The notes under the pieces: model-generated
What the model was told of the DNA's origin: nothing
The model's input: only the letters and a program-made list of their open reading frames with translations
Databases searched by the model: none
NCBI GenBank assembly: GCA_951406725.2
Contig: OX597833.1
Span: forward strand, 6,820,001-6,884,000
Reading direction: 5' to 3'
DNA from: Octopus vulgaris
Taxonomy: Eukaryota
Length of the DNA stretch: 64,000 nt
Translations under genes and position numbers: made by a program
Part shown: positions 27,006 to 41,369 of the stretch, piece by piece
Layout of the letters: each line of letters opens with the position of its first letter
Position numbering within the stretch: position 1 is the stretch's first letter

Positions 27006-27215
27006 AGAGATGCTGTCAATGATATTCTTGCTTAAGAATACTAAATTTGTACTCTACAAAAGAAGTCAGTGACTCTTCTGATTAATGTAAAATTAATTTA
27101 TAAATCAATTATAACTGAACAAAGAAAAACAAACATTTACGCATATATGTGTGTGCATGTCTCTGTCTATCTCTCTCATTCTCTCTTTCTATTTCTCTTT
27201 TTCTCTCTCTTTCTA

Positions 27216-27256
<41 letters not shown>

Positions 27257-27745
27257 ATATATATATATATATACATACATACACGCATATATATACTTTA
27301 AGCACACACACACACCTCTGATATCGTATTTAATCTGTCATCTAAATCTGCAATCTATGAAACTAAACTCTTGTCCATAATCACCACCATTATCGCTACA
27401 ACTGAAACAGAATAGCACCACCACCACCACCAGTAGTAGTAGTAGTAGTGGTGGTGGTGGTGGTGGTGGTGGTGGTAACATCAACTACAGCCACAAGAAT
27501 AACAACAGTGTTAACAACACTAACGCTAGCGATGGTAAAAGATGTTAAAGATGGAGGAAAAAGTCGAATAGCAAATGGCGATATTTCAATCAAGATTCTT
27601 GGCAAAATCTTCCAGGGTTTTTTTGTTGTTTTTTTTTACGCAGAATAATCCACCAGTTGCTGCTGCTACTGCCGCTGCTGCTACTGCCGCTGCTGTCACT
27701 GCTGTTTTGTTGCCACTGGCTACTGTTATTTTTGTTTTTCCTTCT

Positions 27746-27787
<42 letters not shown>

Positions 27788-27901
27788 CTTCTTCTTCTTC
27801 TTCTTCTTCTTCTTCTTCTTCTTCTTCTTCTTCTTCTTCTTCTTCTTCTTCTTCTTCTAGTACTACTACTACTACTGCTGCTGCTGCTACTGCTGCTGCT
27901 G

Positions 27902-27940
<39 letters not shown>

Positions 27941-28547
27941 CTGCTCCTCCTGCTGCTGCTGCTACTACTACTACTACTACTATTACAACTACTACTACTA
28001 CTACTACTACAACTACACACACACACATATCTACAACAGGCTTCTTTCAGTCTCTCTCTTCCAATCCATTACAGGATATTTGCCCAAGGTACTGCACAGT
28101 GGAACTGAACCTGGAACTATATGGTTGCGAAGCAAACTTCATACCACATAACCACGCCTGCGCAACGGTTAAAATATATAAAACCTCCGCCAGAGATAGC
28201 AGCTAAAACCTCCTCAAATCACAGCTTACCATTAATGGATAATAATATAGTAGCGAAAGTCATGTTCCGATGGTCATATCTGTAACGTCTTTGATCGCGT
28301 ATATATATTGAATTGGGATTGATTTTTGTACTGAACAAATATGAAATTTACCAAAAGTTTAACCTTTATTTGGGTCTAAACTTTTTGCAGTCGGAATTCA
28401 CCAATTCTTGGAAGTTCTTTTGAAAACAGAGATGAAATAACTGGTCGGTGGAAGCTTCAAAGCAAATTGTAAAGACACTGTAGGAACTCGAATTAATTGT
28501 AATACCAATGATTACATCCTACACACATAGGGATACATTTAATATAC

Positions 28548-28610
<63 letters not shown>

Positions 28611-28828
28611 CAGGGTGCGGCAAAAAAACTTCCCTGATTCAGCATTCTTGATAAACGTTTAAATAGCAAGCCCACGGTGCGCACCGGTCCACACCAAGAT
28701 ACTAACTGGAAAAAAAAGGATAAAGACAGACCATTAGCTATATAAAGACACCATTACCACCGGTCTAACTTCCCCAGCGCTACATTAATGGCCGGGCAAA
28801 ATATGTAAGGTTTTTCTACTGCATCCTG
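28611..28828. mobile_element. Possible Tc1-type MITE
   Basis: TA-CAGGGTGCGGCAAAAAAACTT versus the reverse complement CAGGATGCAGTAGAAAAACCTT. Confidence 0.5.
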
Positions 28829-28830
28829 TC

Positions 28831-28863
<33 letters not shown>

Positions 28864-29161
28864 GTATTCGTATTCGTATTCGTATTCGTTATCTATTCCT
28901 TCTGTTTTGCATATGTGAATTACAGGGTCTGTCATGCCCGGAGTCCAACTTTGATAGAAATAAGCATTCTTGACTGCTATTTCTATTTTTTCGGTATGCG
29001 GTCAAGCAACCTGTTTTGCCTGACCCTTTTTCTTATATACAATATATATACTAAACTTTACAGAAGTTCCTGCCGGTAATCGGCTATATTTACATACCGA
29101 ATTCTACCAGTAAATAATTGGGTTTTTTTAAAAGCCTTTATAGAAATTATTTACTCTTTTC

Positions 29162-29215
<54 letters not shown>

Positions 29216-29222
29216 TGTATAG

Positions 29223-29295
<73 letters not shown>

Positions 29296-29450
29296 GATAG
29301 GTAGGTAGGTAGGTAGGTAGATAGATAGATAGATAGATAGATAAATAGATAGGTAGGTAGGTAGGTAGGTATGTAGGTAGGTAGGTAGGTAGGTAGGTAG
29401 GTAGATAGATAGATATGCATATCCACATATGAATATCTCTATGTATGTAT

Positions 29451-29515
<65 letters not shown>

Positions 29516-29605
29516 TAAACACACACACATACACACACGCACATACATGATTGATCGCTAAACCCACAAGCTTTTTTAATCTCTCTCTTTAATTATCTCT
29601 TATTC

Positions 29606-29641
29606 CTTTCTGCTGAAGAGCGTAGGCTCGAAACGTAAAAG
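29606..29641 (+). ncRNA. Degenerate minimal hammerhead motif
   Basis: CUUU-CUGCUGA-A-GAGC(GUAG)GCUC-GAAA-CG-UA-AAAG. A6 is mutated. Confidence 0.55.
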
Positions 29642-30159
29642 ACTTTCTCGCTTTTCCAAGCGTGAAATTTATACACCTGCTAGTTGTTCAGACACCTGTC
29701 TTCGTCTTTTGTTTTTTCTGTAAATTTCAACTGTACACATGTAGGTATACATATACGTATACTTTAACATATATATATTTATAAAAACTATATATATTCG
29801 CACACACATACACACGTACACACCACACACACACGCACTCACACACACACATGCACACACACACCTTTCCTTTACGACTTTACAATCGATCAGACGTCCG
29901 ATCAAAATGAACACAAAAGAACCAATCAGGAAGGTAATTGACATAAACACACACAGGTACACACATAAACACACACATATGCATGCACACATAAGTACAT
30001 ACATATGTGTATATATATATACGGAACCACACACATACGTATACATACATAAACACACCTGTATAAACATACATAAACATAATAAGTAGGCATAAACACA
30101 TCACGTACATACATAATCACATACACGTAAATGCATACAGACAGACATATATATCACAC

Positions 30160-30322
30160 AGTGGCTGTGTGGTAAGTAGCTTGCTAACCAACCACATGGT
30201 TCTGGGTTCAGTCCCACTGCGTGGCATCTTGGGCATGTGTCTTCTGCTATAGCCCCGGGCCGACCAATGCCTTGTGAGTGGATTTGGTAGACGGAAACTG
30301 AAAGAAGCCTGTCGTATATATG

Positions 30323-30361
<39 letters not shown>

Positions 30362-30570
30362 TTGTGTGTCTGTGTTTGTCCCCCTAGCATTGCTTGACAA
30401 CCGATGCTGGTGTGTTTACGTCCCCGTCACTCAGCGGTTCGGCAAAAGAGACCGATAGAATAAGTACTGGGCTTACAAAGAATAAGTCCCGGGGTCTTAA
30501 GGCGGTGCTGGCCGCAGTCATGGCCGCAGTCAAATGACTGAAACAAGTAAAAGGGTAAAAGAGTAAAGAG
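30160..30570 (+). mobile_element. SINE family B
   Basis: GTGGCTGTGTGGTAAGTAGC..GGGTTCAGTCCC..CTTGGGCA..tail CATGGCCGCAGTCAAATGACTGAAACAAGTAAAAG. Confidence 0.92.
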
Positions 30571-30604
<34 letters not shown>

Positions 30605-31224
30605 CACATACATAAACGTGCATATAAATACATACATGTATATATAGCCACAACTCATATGCATCTCTTAGAATATCGTTTCCTCTGTTTAGCCCTGGTC
30701 TTTGATAGTTCCAGTTTACCAATTTTTTGTCCCGCTCGGTACTAAAGGAGGGGTTTTCAATCGTGTGTGTGGTCCCACAGCCAGGCAATTACTTCAAGAA
30801 CTTCGACTGGTTTAGGGGTCTTCAGAGATTAAGATTAAATACGACAGGTGGCGTTAGCTAAGGGGTCATTGAGTTCACCGCTCCTTCGGAAGAATTTTTT
30901 AAAATAAATTTGTTTTATTATCGTCTCTTGAGAATAGCGAGTTGGCTGCCGGGAAGAATTCTGGTTTGGCAGAAAGTTCTGTTGACAGTTTGGCGATTGG
31001 ACGGAATGAAAGAGAGGAGGGAAGAATTATCTTGTCTTTGCTTAGCACTAATACAGCTACACTACATGTCTATACCCTTGAGAAGGGGTCTGTGTGTGGC
31101 CCCTCGACATACAGAAGGGTAACGTATTTACAGAGCGATCCAACAATGGAGACTCTACGGGACTGATCGAACTGATAGAAGCAGTAGCTAAAGTTACCTC
31201 CAATCCCGTCACATCTATAAATAT

Positions 31225-31616
31225 TGGCTGTGTGGTAAGTAGCTTGCTAACCAACCACATAGTTCCGGGTTCAGTCCCACTGCATAGCACCTTGGGCAAG
31301 TGTCTTCTGCTATAGCCCCGTCCCACCAATGCCTTGTGAGTGGATTTGGTAGACGGAAACTGAAAGAAGCCCGTCGTATATATGTATATATATATATGTG
31401 TGTGCGCGTGTATGTTTGTGTGTCTGTGTTTGTCCCCCTAGCATTGCTTGACAACCGATGCTGGTGTGTTTACGTCCCCGTTACTTAGCGGTTCGGCAAA
31501 AGAGTCCGATAGAATAAGTACTGGGCTTACAAAAGAATAAGTCCCGGGGTCGAGTTGTTCGATTAAAGGTGGTGCTCCAGCATGGCCGCAGTCAAATGAC
31601 TGGAACAAGTAAAAGA
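31225..31616 (+). mobile_element. SINE family B
   Basis: Colinear with the 30160 copy. Confidence 0.92.
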
Positions 31617-31617
31617 A

Positions 31618-31836
31618 TTGGTTTCAAATTTTTGCGCAAGGCCAGAAATTGGGGCGATGGTGGGGCGCAAGTCGATTACATCGATCCCAGTGTATGACTG
31701 GTACTTATTTTGTCAATTCTGAAAGAGTAAAAAGCAAAGTCGACCACAGCGACCACAGAATTTGAACTCAGAGTGCAAAGTCGGGAGAGATGCCGCTAAG
31801 CAATACTTTCGATGCGGTAATTCTGCCAGCTCACCG
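31618..31836 (-). mobile_element. SINE family A, tail-to-tail with the preceding SINE B
   Basis: Reverse complement head GGTGAGCTGGCAGAAT, B box GAGTTCAAATTC, and AAGTACCAGTCATACACTGGGATCGATGTAATCGAC. Confidence 0.8.
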
Positions 31837-31996
31837 AGCAAATATTTGGTCACGTAAACACACTCAGGATTAACACTTCGATCGTGTTTCTTCTTGGCTC
31901 TCCTCACGTAGGTCTGACCTGGGGTTAAGCAAGAACAACAATAACAAAAATAGCAGAGATTCCAGAAGAAAAGAACAAACGCGCGTTGTTTTAAAT

Positions 31997-32275
31997 CACT
32001 TGTTCCCAAAATGAGCGTTATTGCTCCTCTGAGGGCGGTGGAAAGATCCAGGCGAGCGCCGAAGAAAAGTGGGGTCCGATAGTGGGGTTTCCAAAATGGA
32101 ATGGTCGATGTAAAAACAACAAAATAATGGGTTGATTAGGTTAAATTTTATTTGTGAAAAGCTGTTGTTTTGAATTTGATGCAGAAAGTGGTCTACGTTT
32201 GTGGTGGCGAGGGAGGCTAGGAAAGTGGCCCCGATGCTAAGGGGACGGCAGCCCGAAGAAATCTGGGAATCACTG
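31997..32275. mobile_element. hAT (Charlie/Buster-type) MITE
   Basis: Ends CACTTGTTCCCAAA and TCTGGGAATCACTG fit the CAGTGGTTCCCA consensus. The 8-bp TSD TTTTAAAT/GTTTAAAT has a central TA. Confidence 0.7.
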
Positions 32276-32775
32276 GTTTAAATAAACGTGTACATTGAAA
32301 ATTATGTACAATATGTTTGATGGACGTCTCTTTAGTGTTGCTGCGGAATTATAAGCACTGACTGTGTATATATAAGTCTTATATATACATCTATGGCTGC
32401 ATGTCTGCTTGTACATACATATGTATAGCTATGTATATATATGAATTCCTGTAGGTATGTATATATGAATATGTGAATGCGTGCATGTATATATAAATAT
32501 ATGCAATCGAAACGTAAACATATCCACACATGCACGTGCGCACAGGTACTTACACATAAACACTCACATGCATACAGACATGTATACGTATGCATGCACA
32601 CACACACATGTATACATGGACGGAGGGAATGGTCGTTGCAGCAAGGAATTTGGTTTATAAGGTGTGGATTGATGCTGAGTGATGTTTCACCTGCCACAGA
32701 CTCATCAACACTCCTCTCTCCCCACCTCCATCTCTCTCTCTCACTCTCTCTCTCTCTCTCTCTCACTCTCTCCCC

Positions 32776-32815
<40 letters not shown>

Positions 32816-32968
32816 CTGCATGTACATATTTTTGCGCATGGATATTAGCTTATGCTTGCTTTTATATACGTGTTTGTATATATGTGAATGTATGTGTGTG
32901 CGGGTGTATATATATATATACGTATTGAGTTTCCTTTTGTTTGTGCAATTAAAGTATGACGTGCGCAA

Positions 32969-33012
<44 letters not shown>

Positions 33013-33278
33013 ATCTTGGCAATGTTTATTTAAGACCAAGTTTCTTCGATTCCTACGCCATTAAAGATTACAATCAAAGCGAGGTAAAATGAAGAACGCA
33101 ACAGATTTGGATCTGTTTTGATAAGGATATTTTCGAATATATTTTGGAACAATACAGGCTGAGCTCCAGCATGGCCGTAAACATGTATTGCAGCATGAAC
33201 GTGCGCACAGATACTTACACACACACACACACACATATACATAAACATATATATACATATACATCATTATATATATAT

Positions 33279-33341
<63 letters not shown>

Positions 33342-33435
33342 ATCCAAACAAGAAAGCACAAAAAAACACAACAACGCGAGGACGTGGAACAAATATAGTA
33401 TTATTGGACGCTCAGAAAAGAAGGAAAGAAGGAGG

Positions 33436-33470
33436 GTTTAACGTTTCGAGCGGAGCTCTTCGTCAGAAAC
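33436..33470 (-). ncRNA. Minimal hammerhead ribozyme motif with intact core, 3' of a Penelope-like ORF relic
   Basis: Reverse complement: GUUU-CUGACGA-A-GAGC(UCC)GCUC-GAAA-CG-UU-AAAC. Stem I is GUUU/AAAC. Confidence 0.7.
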
Positions 33471-33699
33471 ATAGAAGAAGGAAAGATCCAGAGAAGGGAA
33501 GACATGGGGAAAAAAATCGCCAACGGTACACACGCGGTCACACGAGTTGATATATATGGAAAAAAGTCAAGGTAGAAAATGGTAAAATAATTTTATAAAA
33601 AACATTTCAGTACCGGTTATAGAATATGGAACTGAGCGTGCTAAGGAGTAAATGAATTCCCATGAAATGTGTGCAGTTATCGAGTTTGTTAGATTAACT

Positions 33700-34150
33700 A
33701 GTATCAATGTCGTTTCGGTTATTCGGGACAAGGAAATGGAAATTCTGTCATTCCTTGATGTAAATGAGTAAAAGTTCTGGTGTTAAGAACTCTTGAGAGC
33801 GTTCGCGACAAGCACGTGTTATTCCTTTTGATACTCGAACATTTTAGAAAGCCAGGTTAGCCTGAGTAGACGAGCAAGTGGATCTTTACAGCTTCTAGTT
33901 GGTTTATGTGCAGAAGTACGTTTATGAGTGTAGCGCACGATCTGAGAAGTGATATTCTCCATGAGATAATAGCGGACCGTAACATCGACTGCGTTAAAAA
34001 GTTTATAGCATTTATGTGTTGGGGAGAAGTGTTGCTTTACTGACTCTAAAAAACTAATGACGTCATCATTGATTGGATTAAACCATATTTCCAGCTATTT
34101 TCTAGGTGTCTCCTGGTATGGAGCAAATCGACTATTCATATTGGGAAACA
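33700..34150 (-). pseudogene. Decayed Penelope-like element ORF (region between RT and GIY-YIG)
   Basis: Minus strand reads LEIWFNPINDDVISFLESVKQHFSPTHKCYKLFNAVDVTVRYYLMENITSQI, matching the PLE IWFNPP..FL..IxKHF..H..KIFN..VxxSY..NI pattern. Confidence 0.7.
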
Positions 34151-34534
34151 CTTTCCCCACTGAAAGTATTTCTGCTTGGTGACTCCTTGTGAATAAGGAC
34201 AGCCCTAACCAATACATGCCTGATGAAGAAAAGGCTCGAGACTTTTCTACTTCAACCAGTAACTACGTTCTTATTATGGATGACGAGCGGGTGACTACAA
34301 TGTATATATATATATATAAAGAATACAAAACTTGAACAAGAACACTAAACATCCAGACAGATGATACAAAAAGGGACAAGAAAAACCAAGGACGGGTCAT
34401 TTGGAGTTTTCTTTCGTCAGTCGAGTTTCAGATTATCTTTGCAGTTTCGGTTGGTTATACTCGTGACAGCTTTCAATTTTAAATTCAAAGAGAGACAATG
34501 TTGTACCTATACGTATGTTCATATAGAAAATATA

Positions 34535-34760
34535 TCTTTTATCTTTCACTGGTTTCAACCAGAAGTTGGCAGCATGCTGGAACACCGCCTTTCAATATGT
34601 TTGGATTTGTTGTTTTTTCAACCTTTTCTGCTGAAGGAGCGAGTTGGACAGAACTGCTCTTGTTTTGTGATGTGGGTTCATCTGGGATCTCAGATAAAAC
34701 TTTGCCCAGACGCAGAATGTTCAATGACTGAGGACCCTCGAAATCCTTCGCATAAGCATG
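34535..34760 (-). mobile_element. CR1-group LINE extreme 3' end
   Basis: LGKVLSEIPDEPTS followed by the tail AAAGGCGGTGTTCCAGCATG..TTGAAACCAGTGAAAGATAAAAG. Confidence 0.7.
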
Positions 34761-34983
34761 AATTAGTATGAAAGAGTAGTATTTGTTTGTTTGTTTTTAT
34801 GTCAGTTAAATAGGAAGACAATTCTTTGGCTCTCGGCAGATTATCATATTCATTGTATTTTAACAGGGAAAAGGTTGAGAGCGACTTCGAAATCTCGAGT
34901 TAGTAACCTTCGCCTGTCTGTCTGACGGAAGCCACTGGACCGAAACTTCGAAGTAACTTGCAAAGAACTACACCACACACATA

Positions 34984-35086
<103 letters not shown>

Positions 35087-35161
35087 TATAAATATAGGGA
35101 AGTGATACAATGTTACAATATATATGTAGATACAATTACATGTATGTATATGTGTGTGTAT

Positions 35162-35249
<88 letters not shown>

Positions 35250-35837
35250 GCAAGTATGTAAATATGCATGTATAAATGTATATAGGTATGTATATATTAT
35301 ACATGCACGTATGTGTGTATGTATGCCTGAATGTCTGTATCTGGTATCACTTCCCTGTCATCTCCCACCGCTCCCCCACCGACCATCCCTGCCACTCCAT
35401 CACTATCTGTTACCTCTTGTCCGGCTACGATTACATATTGTTGATGATAATTACATACCACAGCGAAACCCGATCTCGTTTACCGCGGCAATGTTGTGTT
35501 TACTGGGTGAGGCGGGGTGGCGGGTGGCGGTGGAGGGGGGGTTAATACTGTCTGTAACATCAACGACAACAACAAGAACAACAACAACAAGACCAACAAC
35601 AACAACAATGGCAACAAACACAGCAACAACAATACGTATAACATTGCTGTACACAGAAATACACGTATACATACATGCATGTGTGTGTATGTGTGTGTGT
35701 GTGCATTGTATATATAGGTGTATGTCTGTGAGTGTTTATGCGTGTATATACACAGGCAGAGATATATGTGTATGTGTGTATACACATAGGTGAGTACAGA
35801 TATACACTACACACACAGACATACACACACATACATG

Positions 35838-35912
<75 letters not shown>

Positions 35913-36202
35913 ATATGCATATATATTTTTCAACTTAATATTCAGTATTTAATTCTCGTATTTGTTTTCCTTCTCGTCTTTCATTCACCACCACACAGCC
36001 ACACGCACGCACACATATACACGCACAGACACACAGCTACACACACACACACACACACTCAAGCTCACTCACAACCACGCACGCGCTCAGAAAAACTCAA
36101 ATTTATTAAATCGAAGTTGATGTTTCGTATAAATTAATATACTCCATTTCATGTAATCAGTATATCTTCGTTTTGTTTGAGACTCATAAACATCTATATG
36201 TG

Positions 36203-36258
<56 letters not shown>

Positions 36259-36264
36259 TATGTG

Positions 36265-36465
36265 CAGTAATCCTTCACGATAACGCGGTTCGTTTATCGC
36301 GATCTATTACTTAAGCTTGCGTCGATTCCTCCCTGCTGTTGTTTTGCATTTATAATAAAATAAATATATACAAATTATGAAGAATAATAAAAAAATATTT
36401 ATACAGTACAGTACTGTTTCTGCTTCACGGATTTTCACCTATCACGGATGGGGGTTGGAAAGTTA
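36265..36465. mobile_element. Possible pogo/Tigger-type MITE remnant
   Basis: Begins CAGTAATCCTTC..ATAACGCGGTTCGTTTATCGCG and contains TTCACGGATTTTCACCTATCACGG. The right end is lost. Confidence 0.4.
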
Positions 36466-36470
36466 CAGCC

Positions 36471-36796
36471 GTGTAGAGCGTCGAGCTTACGATCGTGAGG
36501 TTGTGAGCTCGAATCCCGGACCGGGCTGCGTGTTGTGTTCTTGAGCAAGACACTTTATTTCACGTTGCTCCAGTTCACTCAGCTGTAGAAATGAGTTGCG
36601 ACGTCACTGCTGCCAAGCTGTATCGACCTTTGTCTTTCCCTTGGATAACACTGGTGGCGTGGAGAGGGGAGGCTGGTATGCATGGGCGACTGGTGGTCTT
36701 CCATAAACAACCTTGCCCGGACTTGTGTCTAGGAGGGTAACTTTCTAGGTGCAATCCCATGGTCATTCATGACCGAAGGGGGTCTTTACCCTTTAC
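36471..36796 (+). mobile_element. SINE family E (tRNA head, shared core, CTTTAC tail)
   Basis: GAGCTCGAATCCCGG B box; TTGAGCAAGACACTTTATTTCACGTTGCTCCAGTTCACTCAGCTG; ends GGGGGTCTTTACCCTTTAC. Confidence 0.85.
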
Positions 36797-37013
36797 TGTA
36801 TATATATATATATATATATATATACACTCACACGCCATCACGCAAACATATATATATAATATGAAATTCATTAGATTGTTAACCTTGGAGTTTTCCTTAT
36901 CAAGCTCGTCCACGGGTACTGGCTATCAGATGCAAGTATAAAACGGGACTCGATAGTTTCACTGATGAGATATCTGAAAACCCGTATATGTCCGTAGAGT
37001 TTAGATAAATATC

Positions 37014-37223
37014 GGTTTCAAATTTTGGCACAAGGCCAGCAGTTCTAGGGTGAGGATAAGTCGGTTACATGGAGCCCCAGTACTCAACTGGTACTTATTT
37101 TTATGGACCCCGGAAGTATGAAAGGCAAAGTCGACCAGGGTGGAATTTGAACTGAGGACGTAAAGACAGACGAAATTGCGTTAAGCACTTCGGCGTGCTA
37201 ACGATTCTGCCAACTCCACTGCC
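37014..37223 (-). mobile_element. SINE family A
   Basis: Plus strand shows ACTGGTACTTATTTT..ATGAAAGGCAAAGTCGAC..GAATTTGAACT..GCTAACGATTCTGCCA. Confidence 0.85.
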
Positions 37224-37264
37224 TGAGATTGTATATAAATACGAACAAGGAAAACGGAGTGGCA

Positions 37265-37334
<70 letters not shown>

Positions 37335-37467
37335 CGCGCGTATATATCTATGTGTGTATGTATGTGTGTATATGTATGCATTTGTGTGTTTATGCCTTCA
37401 TATGCGTATAAACAAGTATGCACAACGACCACAATGAGGAAGTAGATGGGCAGGAGGACGGGGTGGA

Positions 37468-37985
37468 GGACGACGACGATGATGATGATGATGACGATGA
37501 TGATGATGAGGATGATGAGGATGAGGATGACGATGATGACGACGATGATGACGATGACGACGATGATGATGTTGACGATGATGATGATGATGACGACTAT
37601 GATGATGATGTCGATGATGATGATGACGACGATGATGATGACGACTATGATGATGATGACGATGACGACGATGATGATGTTGACGACGATGATGATGATG
37701 ACGATGACGACGATGATGATGTTGACGACGATGATGATGATGATGACGACTATGATGATGATGACGATGATGACGATGATGATGTTGACGACGATGATGA
37801 TGATGATGACGACTATGATGATGATGACGATGATGATGATGACGACTATGATGATGATGACGATGATGATGATGACGACTATGATGATGATGACGATGAT
37901 GATGATGATGGTGATGACGATGATGATGATGACGACTATGATGATGATGACGATGATGATGATGACGACGATGATGATGATGATG
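37468..37985. repeat. (GAT/GAC)n tract with periodic TAT/GTT interruptions
   Basis: Direct reading of the sequence. Confidence 0.95.
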
Positions 37986-38751
37986 GGGGGTGAGGATGAT
38001 GATGATGATGGTTGTGGTGGTGGTCGTCGTTGTCATGGGGATGGGGATGATGACGACGACAACGACGATGATGGCAAAAAGTTAAAAAGCAGCATGTTCA
38101 TTCGTCTGATTCCCTCCGTCCAGATATATCTCTGCACACTGATTCATGGAAGAGGATCGACTGAAGAGGATTGTTTCACAACACTTGTGCCAAGTGAAAT
38201 ATATCGGCGACGGGGGGTCGATAGAGGAGGGTTGATAGAGGGGGTCGGGGTGGCCCACGATGTTATAGCCGGCTCTACCCTCACACAAGCATATTTATAA
38301 AGATACAAACACTCCCAGACACACACAAACACTCATACACACACACACACCAGCACATCGTTATACATACATAGATAAACAAACATCAACTAACATATAT
38401 ATACACACATATATACACACGCGTGTATAATTTTAGGGTGAGACAACGAGAAAAACAACATCACAATCCTAGAAAAACGTGAGTAAATATATTCACAAAA
38501 TATACTCTCTCACACACACACATATATACACAGAGCTATGCATACACTCACACACGCACGTACACCTATACAGGTGTGTAACTCGAAGGTGAGACGATGA
38601 GAAAAACCACCTCACAATCCTGTAAGAAAATCTGATTTATTTATCATTGTTAAGAATTATTCTAACCTGGGTTTGGTTTTCTGGTAACCTACCAAAATTA
38701 CTTAATGACTCACTCTTATAGATATTTATATACATACACAAACACACACAT

Positions 38752-38795
<44 letters not shown>

Positions 38796-38810
38796 TATTA
38801 GATCAGTGAC

Positions 38811-38862
<52 letters not shown>

Positions 38863-38964
38863 TGGTGTGTATGTTTGTATGTATATGTGCATGCATGCGT
38901 GTATGCACGAATGTATGTACGTGTGTATATTTATTGTGCGTGTATGTATGTTTATGTAAGTATG

Positions 38965-39038
<74 letters not shown>

Positions 39039-39445
39039 AAATAAGAAAATGGAGAAATGCATCGAAATCAAATATCAATTACCAGATAATACTCAATCAC
39101 ATACTTTATTAAACCAGCACATAAGAAACTATAAGGTTAAACATAATGTAGGACAAAACAGTGTACATAAAGGAGTACATAAAAGAGTAATGCTATACAG
39201 TAATTAGAATATGTATAAGAAAATAAAATAAATATAAGTACACATAAGTAACTTTGTTGGGTGCACTTCTATCTCAAGTATATTGGATATATGTTATGAA
39301 CAAAACCTTAAATGGAGGGTTGCATTTACAAGCCCTATCTCAATTTGTATATAGTATATATATTATATGATTTTGTTACTTTTGCAAGGAAAAGATAAAC
39401 AGTTACTTCGGAGTTTTTGGTTCTTTAGCAGTCATCAAACAGTAA

Positions 39446-39588
<143 letters not shown>

Positions 39589-40275
39589 GTGCGTGCGTAG
39601 GTGAAATGGTTGTCGTCCTGATTCCGAGTAAGACCACCACATAGTGAAGGAAAGTCACAAATTCTCAGTGAACAATTCTAGTTTTGTAATTATTGGTTGG
39701 AGATCACGGCGGTAGCGTTCCAAAATATCGATCATTTATACAAACTATTATCGTATAAATGCTTTTAGACATTGGCCAGCGCAGTTTGCATTTTAGAAGT
39801 TAGACCGATCCATTAGACATATTTCGGGCGCTAATTACCATTTGTTTTGATATAAACGTATGGATAATAAGACTATTAATATATTCTATGCAGTAGAAAT
39901 AAGACCGGAAAATTTAAGCTAAACATTAGAATTAGTTAAACTACCTTAGAAACTCTAAACATAAAAGCATACAATGATCAACATATGTTGGTCGCAACAG
40001 AGTACGCCATAGGAGAACTTCTTCCTTTTACGATAAGACTGTGTGGTCAACACACTCGACTCTTTGGCGAACAGCATTCTGGAACGCCGATGTTTCCACA
40101 TATCGTCAGCCTGGACCGGCCCCAAATCAGAACTAAACGAAGCCGCTCGCTTTGTTTATACTTTCAGTGAACAAATTGTTTTTCTGATCGGTGCTTATAT
40201 CTGCGAACCGAAAAAAAAACGAATCGTTATTTGCTTCGCGTACAGCGAGATCTGGAATAATTGTTTGTATATTTA

Positions 40276-40658
40276 TCTCTCTATATATAAACGGCAGTTT
40301 GTCTGTGCGTTTTCTGTGTGTCTGTTTTCTCGTACCCTCACCCTGACCACGGCTTTCAACCGATTCTGATGAAACTTGACACACACATAGCCCAATGTCA
40401 TAATTCAAAACTAACGCAGCGAAAATTTTGAAAAGTTCCCCCAGTTCTGAAAAAAATCGATAAATTCGACATGGGGTCGAGAATCAGAAACCCAAACCAC
40501 AGACCGTCTAGGGGACGCAACTCCACCTTTTTTAACTCTCAAAAAAATTTACCATCATTTTTTTTCCATTTTTTTGCTATTTTTTGGCTATAACTCTCTA
40601 AAAATGCTTTATAGTTATTTCCCTTACAAACCTGAGCAACGCCGGGCGATACTGCTAG
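40276..40658 (+). mobile_element. Non-autonomous Helitron
   Basis: 5' end A|TC(TCTCTATATATAAA); 3' subterminal hairpin CCTGAGCAACGCCGGG followed by CGATACTGCTAG|T; AT target and no TSD. Confidence 0.85.
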
Positions 40659-41306
40659 TTCTTAATAAATCTGAGCAAGTTCAAACGCACAATATGCTGG
40701 TCACTGCCGTGTATGTCACATGAGAATAACTTCTCTCTTTTACAACAACGATGTATTCAACACACTTGGCTCATTGGCGCACGGCATTCTGGGACACCTT
40801 TGTTTCCACATGTTGTGTCTCGTCAGCCAGAAGCAACCGGAACACTGAGCAGCCTCTTTCTTCCGTGTTTCCATGATCCGGAGACAAGCAGCAACAAGGT
40901 ATCTGGTGCTAATAAGGACTTCAGTTTAGGAACTCTAGGAGTGTAGTGGTCCTCATCTCTCACCAGAGACAATACCACCTTTAAACATGACACACTGGGC
41001 AGTTTTCCGAAGCCTCGTCAGTTTCGATGTCCAAAGCTGATCTATATATGCCGTGTTTGTGTGTAAAGGCTCCAGTTTTTCGCTTTACACAAGGATCTAT
41101 AATGCTGTAAAGATAGCTTTGGTTAAAGAGTCTCAAAATAACACAAGGTCGGAATAAGTCATTCTTACAGATATGGTCTAAAAGGAAATGGTAACAGTGA
41201 CCTCGTTCTCTGAGGTCTAACCATGGCATATGTACACAGACATACACACAATCAAACACAAATATATAGGTGGAGTTTTGTATACATACACGCGCACACA
41301 TGCACC

Positions 41307-41355
<49 letters not shown>

Positions 41356-41369
41356 AAACACACATATTG

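Noticed and set aside
30660-31220. Unique sequence with short ORFs between two SINEs
   Set aside because: No recognisable motif in any frame.
36955-36990. CTGATGAGATATCTGAAAA hammerhead-like string
   Set aside because: No credible stems I and III or cleavage triplet.
37398-38300. Poly-Asp ORF resembling an acidic biomineralisation protein
   Set aside because: No signal peptide, and it is open in overlapping frames; explained by (GAT/GAC)n.
38423-38630. ~55 bp diverged direct repeat (GGTGAGAC..GAGAAAAAC..TCACAATCCT)
   Set aside because: Probably a small local duplication, with no further structure.
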